This document shows, in pieces, positions 36,164-39,144 of a stretch of DNA of 39,144 nt. The DNA is taken from positions 186,001 to 225,144 of the forward strand of contig JAMDHS010000030.1 of the NCBI GenBank assembly GCA_029717555.1, read 5' to 3'. A model generated the notes under the pieces. It did no database searches. It was given only the letters and a program-made list of their open reading frames with translations, and was not told the origin of the DNA. Source of the DNA: Peribolospora baueri. Taxonomy: Eukaryota. A program made the translations under genes and the position numbers. Within the stretch, counting starts at the first letter, position 1. Each line of letters starts with the position of its first letter.

Positions 36164-36905
36164 TGGACGCCTGCCCGCAGGGTAGGTATCTGGGGCCGTC
36201 TGTTTCGTTTTCGCTTTCGTGTTTTTTATTCGTCTCAGTGCTATCCGCTCTCCGCCTCTGCCCGCCTTTGCTATCTACATTCTACATCTGCCTTCTGCCT
36301 TTTGCTTCTCTTCCTTTTTTTCTTGTGCTCTTTGCTACGCTCTGCTTGCGCTCCTATTCTCGGTCCTATTCGAAGTTTGGCAGGCGAGGGATAGAGGGGC
36401 CGAGCGGTAAGTTAGATGGTAAGGAGCTTCGAACGTTGCCCATCTTTAGGGGGCCCGCCCGCGGTCAGTAGGCAGCGAGCGTGCTGGCGACATGGGAAAG
36501 GGTGTCCGAGTGAGGGATTCGACTTGACAAATACCATGAAATCGAGTGTTGCGCTCAGGACAGGACTTGCAGTGTCCACGTTTTTTTTTCTGTCTCTCCG
36601 TCCCGGCAGGCTTTTCCATTCGAGGGAACTTGGGGCAGAAGAAGGCAGTCGGAAAGGAAGGGGGTGGCGAGGGTTTTCGTACGCATGAAGGTGAGAGTCC
36701 GACTGCGGATCGCATTAGAAGAAGGCGGTCGGCTTTCCGATAGGAGAAGGCGACTGCTGAGTTCGCTCGGCCGGACGACTCGAGACGACTCGAGTCCTCC
36801 TCCCTCATGGTTCCTCCGACAGCTGCAGCTTGATGCCGTATCCCCCGGCGGACCCGCTCCCTCTCCTTTCCCCGCGCGGACGCGAGAGACAGATCGGCAA
36901 GCGAG

Positions 36906-36960
36906 GAAACGAAACGAGACGAGACGAGACGAGACGAGACGAGACGAGACGAGACGAAAT
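36906..36960. repeat. (GAGAC)n pentanucleotide microsatellite
   Basis: gaaac x2, gagac x8, gaaat. Confidence 0.95.
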
Positions 36961-38085
36961 GCAATGTCGCCAGACGTCCGTTGCGTACGATACGGCGTTG
37001 GTTGGACCTCTCGTACGCTCGCTCGTACTTACGCCACCTCCTTCCTAGATGCTCACTCCACTCCCTCCCAATCCTGAGCGGCCATGTGGTCGCGCCACAG
37101 CACTCACATAGGCAGCCAACTGAACGGACACGGGCACACCACCGTGTCAAGGAAGGACCCCGAGTTACGCATGCAGTTGTCGGTTCCGCTCCGCCGCGCC
37201 GCATCATCATCGTTGACCGGATCGGATCGGATCGGATTGCCCAAAGGGATAGATGGATGAACGGCGACTGGGGCAGCGAGGATGAAATGGAAGGAGGATG
37301 GATGGATAGTGAGGTTGAATGGGTTAGCCTCCGTCGAGCTGTTGTGCTGTGCGACGTCCGAACGAGCGGGAGCGGCGAGCGGATCGGGGCACAGCGCGTC
37401 TTGCCAGGAGGCGGCGGCTGCGGTGGGCAACTTATGCTTGCTTACGGAGGTTAGGGCCGGGTGACGAAGGAGGAAAGTAAAGTAAAGGTAGTTGGGGTCG
37501 GTGCTGTAGTGCGAAGGTGCGTTGCGGCATGCATGCAAGGAGGGAGGGAGTCTATCGTGACCGATCGGCGGAACCAACCTAGGTTCGTGCGAGGGAAGCA
37601 AGAAGCAAGAATCAAGGAGGGAAGCGGGACAGCGGCGCCACCTGCGTACTACACCGACAGCCGTCAGCGGCCGATGCCAGCAACCGCTTCCGCCCCTTCG
37701 ACGACCGCTTTGGAACGCTCTAGAATAGGACCGCTCAGGAGCCGCTGGCTGGCTCGCTGGCTCGCCTAGCAGGCCGGCTCGGCTAGGATTAAGACTGCGA
37801 CCAGGCTCCGTCCCAGGGAATCAAACTTTGGGCCGCGCTCGTCGATTGCACGACGGCGGGCATGTGGGTGGAGTGGCTAGGCGTGGCCGGAGGGGGGCCG
37901 GACACGAGCGACAAAAGGCACCCTTGCATTCGTCCTCGACCGGCAAGGCAGCGACGACGACTAAGCAAGCGAGGGAGGGAGCGGGCGAGCGGTGTCGGAT
38001 CTGCGACGGCGACTGCGACTGCGACTCGCCTTGGCTGGCGAGCCGGACGCGGATAAAAACTCTACGCGAACGGTTGGGTCGGCGA

Positions 38086-38118
38086 GGAGACGGAGACGGA
38101 GACGGAGATGGAGACGGA
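38086..38118. repeat. (GGAGAC)n hexanucleotide microsatellite
   Basis: About 5 tandem units, one of them variant. Confidence 0.9.
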
Positions 38119-39086
38119 TTGACGAGAGGAATACATACGTATAATTTTATTTTTTTTGCGGTCTTTGGCCTAGTTAGTCGTATCCGATCTGGTCGCGCCA
38201 TGCTTCCGCCGCCGTCGCCGCCCGTCGCACTTTGGCCGGCCACTAACTAAGGCCGGACGGACTCGGATCAGCGCAGCTTGGCTGAACCCCCACTCGCTCG
38301 CTTTACTTACTTACGCGCCGCGACGAGCCATGTACGGCCTCCGTATGCAGGCCTGCTCGCCGACCGCTCTCTCCCTTTGTCTCTTCCCACACCTCGCCAA
38401 GCTCCGAGCTTGAGCTTTGGGCGCTCCGTGTTGGCGATAACGTGGCCCAGCATGGCCTGGGCCGCTTTGCTCGCTCCTAAGCATCTTTCTCACGGTACCA
38501 AGCCCATCTTAGTCCGATCATTTGTCCTTTCGATTTTCTTTCCTTCCTTTGCCCTCCAGCGTGGACGAGCGAGGAAGGAAGAAGGAAGGACGATGGCGAC
38601 TCCGCTTCCCGGCGCGGAATTGCATGGGTCGCCAGCCAGGCCGTCCGTTCGTCCGTATCCGTATCGTGTCCCTCCCTGCTGCTCTGCTGGTGTCGACGCT
38701 CATGCGTGGCGTGACGCTCCTCGGACTCGATTCTTTGTCTTTGCCGCGCTGCCGGATACGCCGCGCACCGTCCGTGTCTGGCACGGGACTTGCTCGTGCC
38801 GCCTCGTTACAGTAACTAAGCAAAGCGGTACGGGTACGGTGAACCCGGACTTTAATAACACGCTAGTGGGAGGAAGAGCCAGCTCGTCATTAATGTACTA
38901 CTGTATGCGTGTTTTTGCCGCCCTGCCTTGTCTGGCCGGCGCAAGAGAGCAGCGTACGGAAAGTGAGCCGCGGGGAAAAAAATGGGGGGGGCAAGGGGGG
39001 AAGGAGAAGGGTCGATGGCGCTCGATTCGATCTTGCGGACAAAACGGCCTTGGCTACTTCCTGTACGTAGACTAGAGTGTACCCGC

Positions 39087-39087
<1 letters not shown>

Positions 39088-39144
<57 letters not shown>
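39088..39144 (+). repeat. Terminal poly(T) homopolymer, at least 57 nt, running off the window end
   Basis: Seen directly; probably coincides with a contig end. Confidence 0.95.

Noticed and set aside
36446..37210. 254-aa minus-strand ORF and overlapping DETRR-repeat ORFs
   Set aside because: Translations of the (GAGAC)n microsatellite region; no domain or coherent gene structure.
38278..39075. 265-aa plus-strand ORF near the window end
   Set aside because: Non-ATG start, compositionally random, no recognisable family or splice structure; treated as spurious pending RNA data.
1..39144. tRNA, rRNA, CRISPR array, transposase/RT ORFs, CAAX pheromone precursors, biosynthetic cluster
   Set aside because: By eye I found no cloverleaf or T-loop context outside coding exons, no repeat-spacer arrays, no transposon domains, no short CAAX-terminated ORFs and no PKS/NRPS genes. 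A covariance-model scan was not possible.

Overview
Eukaryotic, GC-rich, intron-dense fungal genomic DNA, most likely a basidiomycete (Tsp2-type tetraspanin, basidiomycete-style PFK insertion, short GT-AG introns mostly ~70-180 nt with GTGAGY donors). Manual splicing gives 11 intact-looking genes: Tsp2 tetraspanin (5'-partial), a G-patch/zinc-finger protein, proteasome alpha5, the SIN/MEN scaffold Nud1/Cdc11, an Aro8/KAT2-type aminotransferase, 6-phosphofructokinase, DUF952, SAGA subunit Spt20, Pol III subunit Rpc17, Mob4/phocein and a PX-associated/DUF3818-like protein. There is also one heavily frameshifted membrane-protein pseudogene (20.8-23.3 kb). The last ~3 kb has no recognisable gene, is rich in microsatellites and ends in poly(T). 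Most entries in the six-frame ORF track are GC-driven shadow ORFs. I found no tRNA, rRNA, CRISPR or transposon ORF, and no clearly new multi-gene system. The best leads are a 4-nt microexon required to build the aminotransferase, the indel-riddled pseudogene among clean genes, a G-patch motif split by ~200 aa, and candidate MCB and Aro80-like promoter elements. Family calls come from motif recognition only; no database searches were run.
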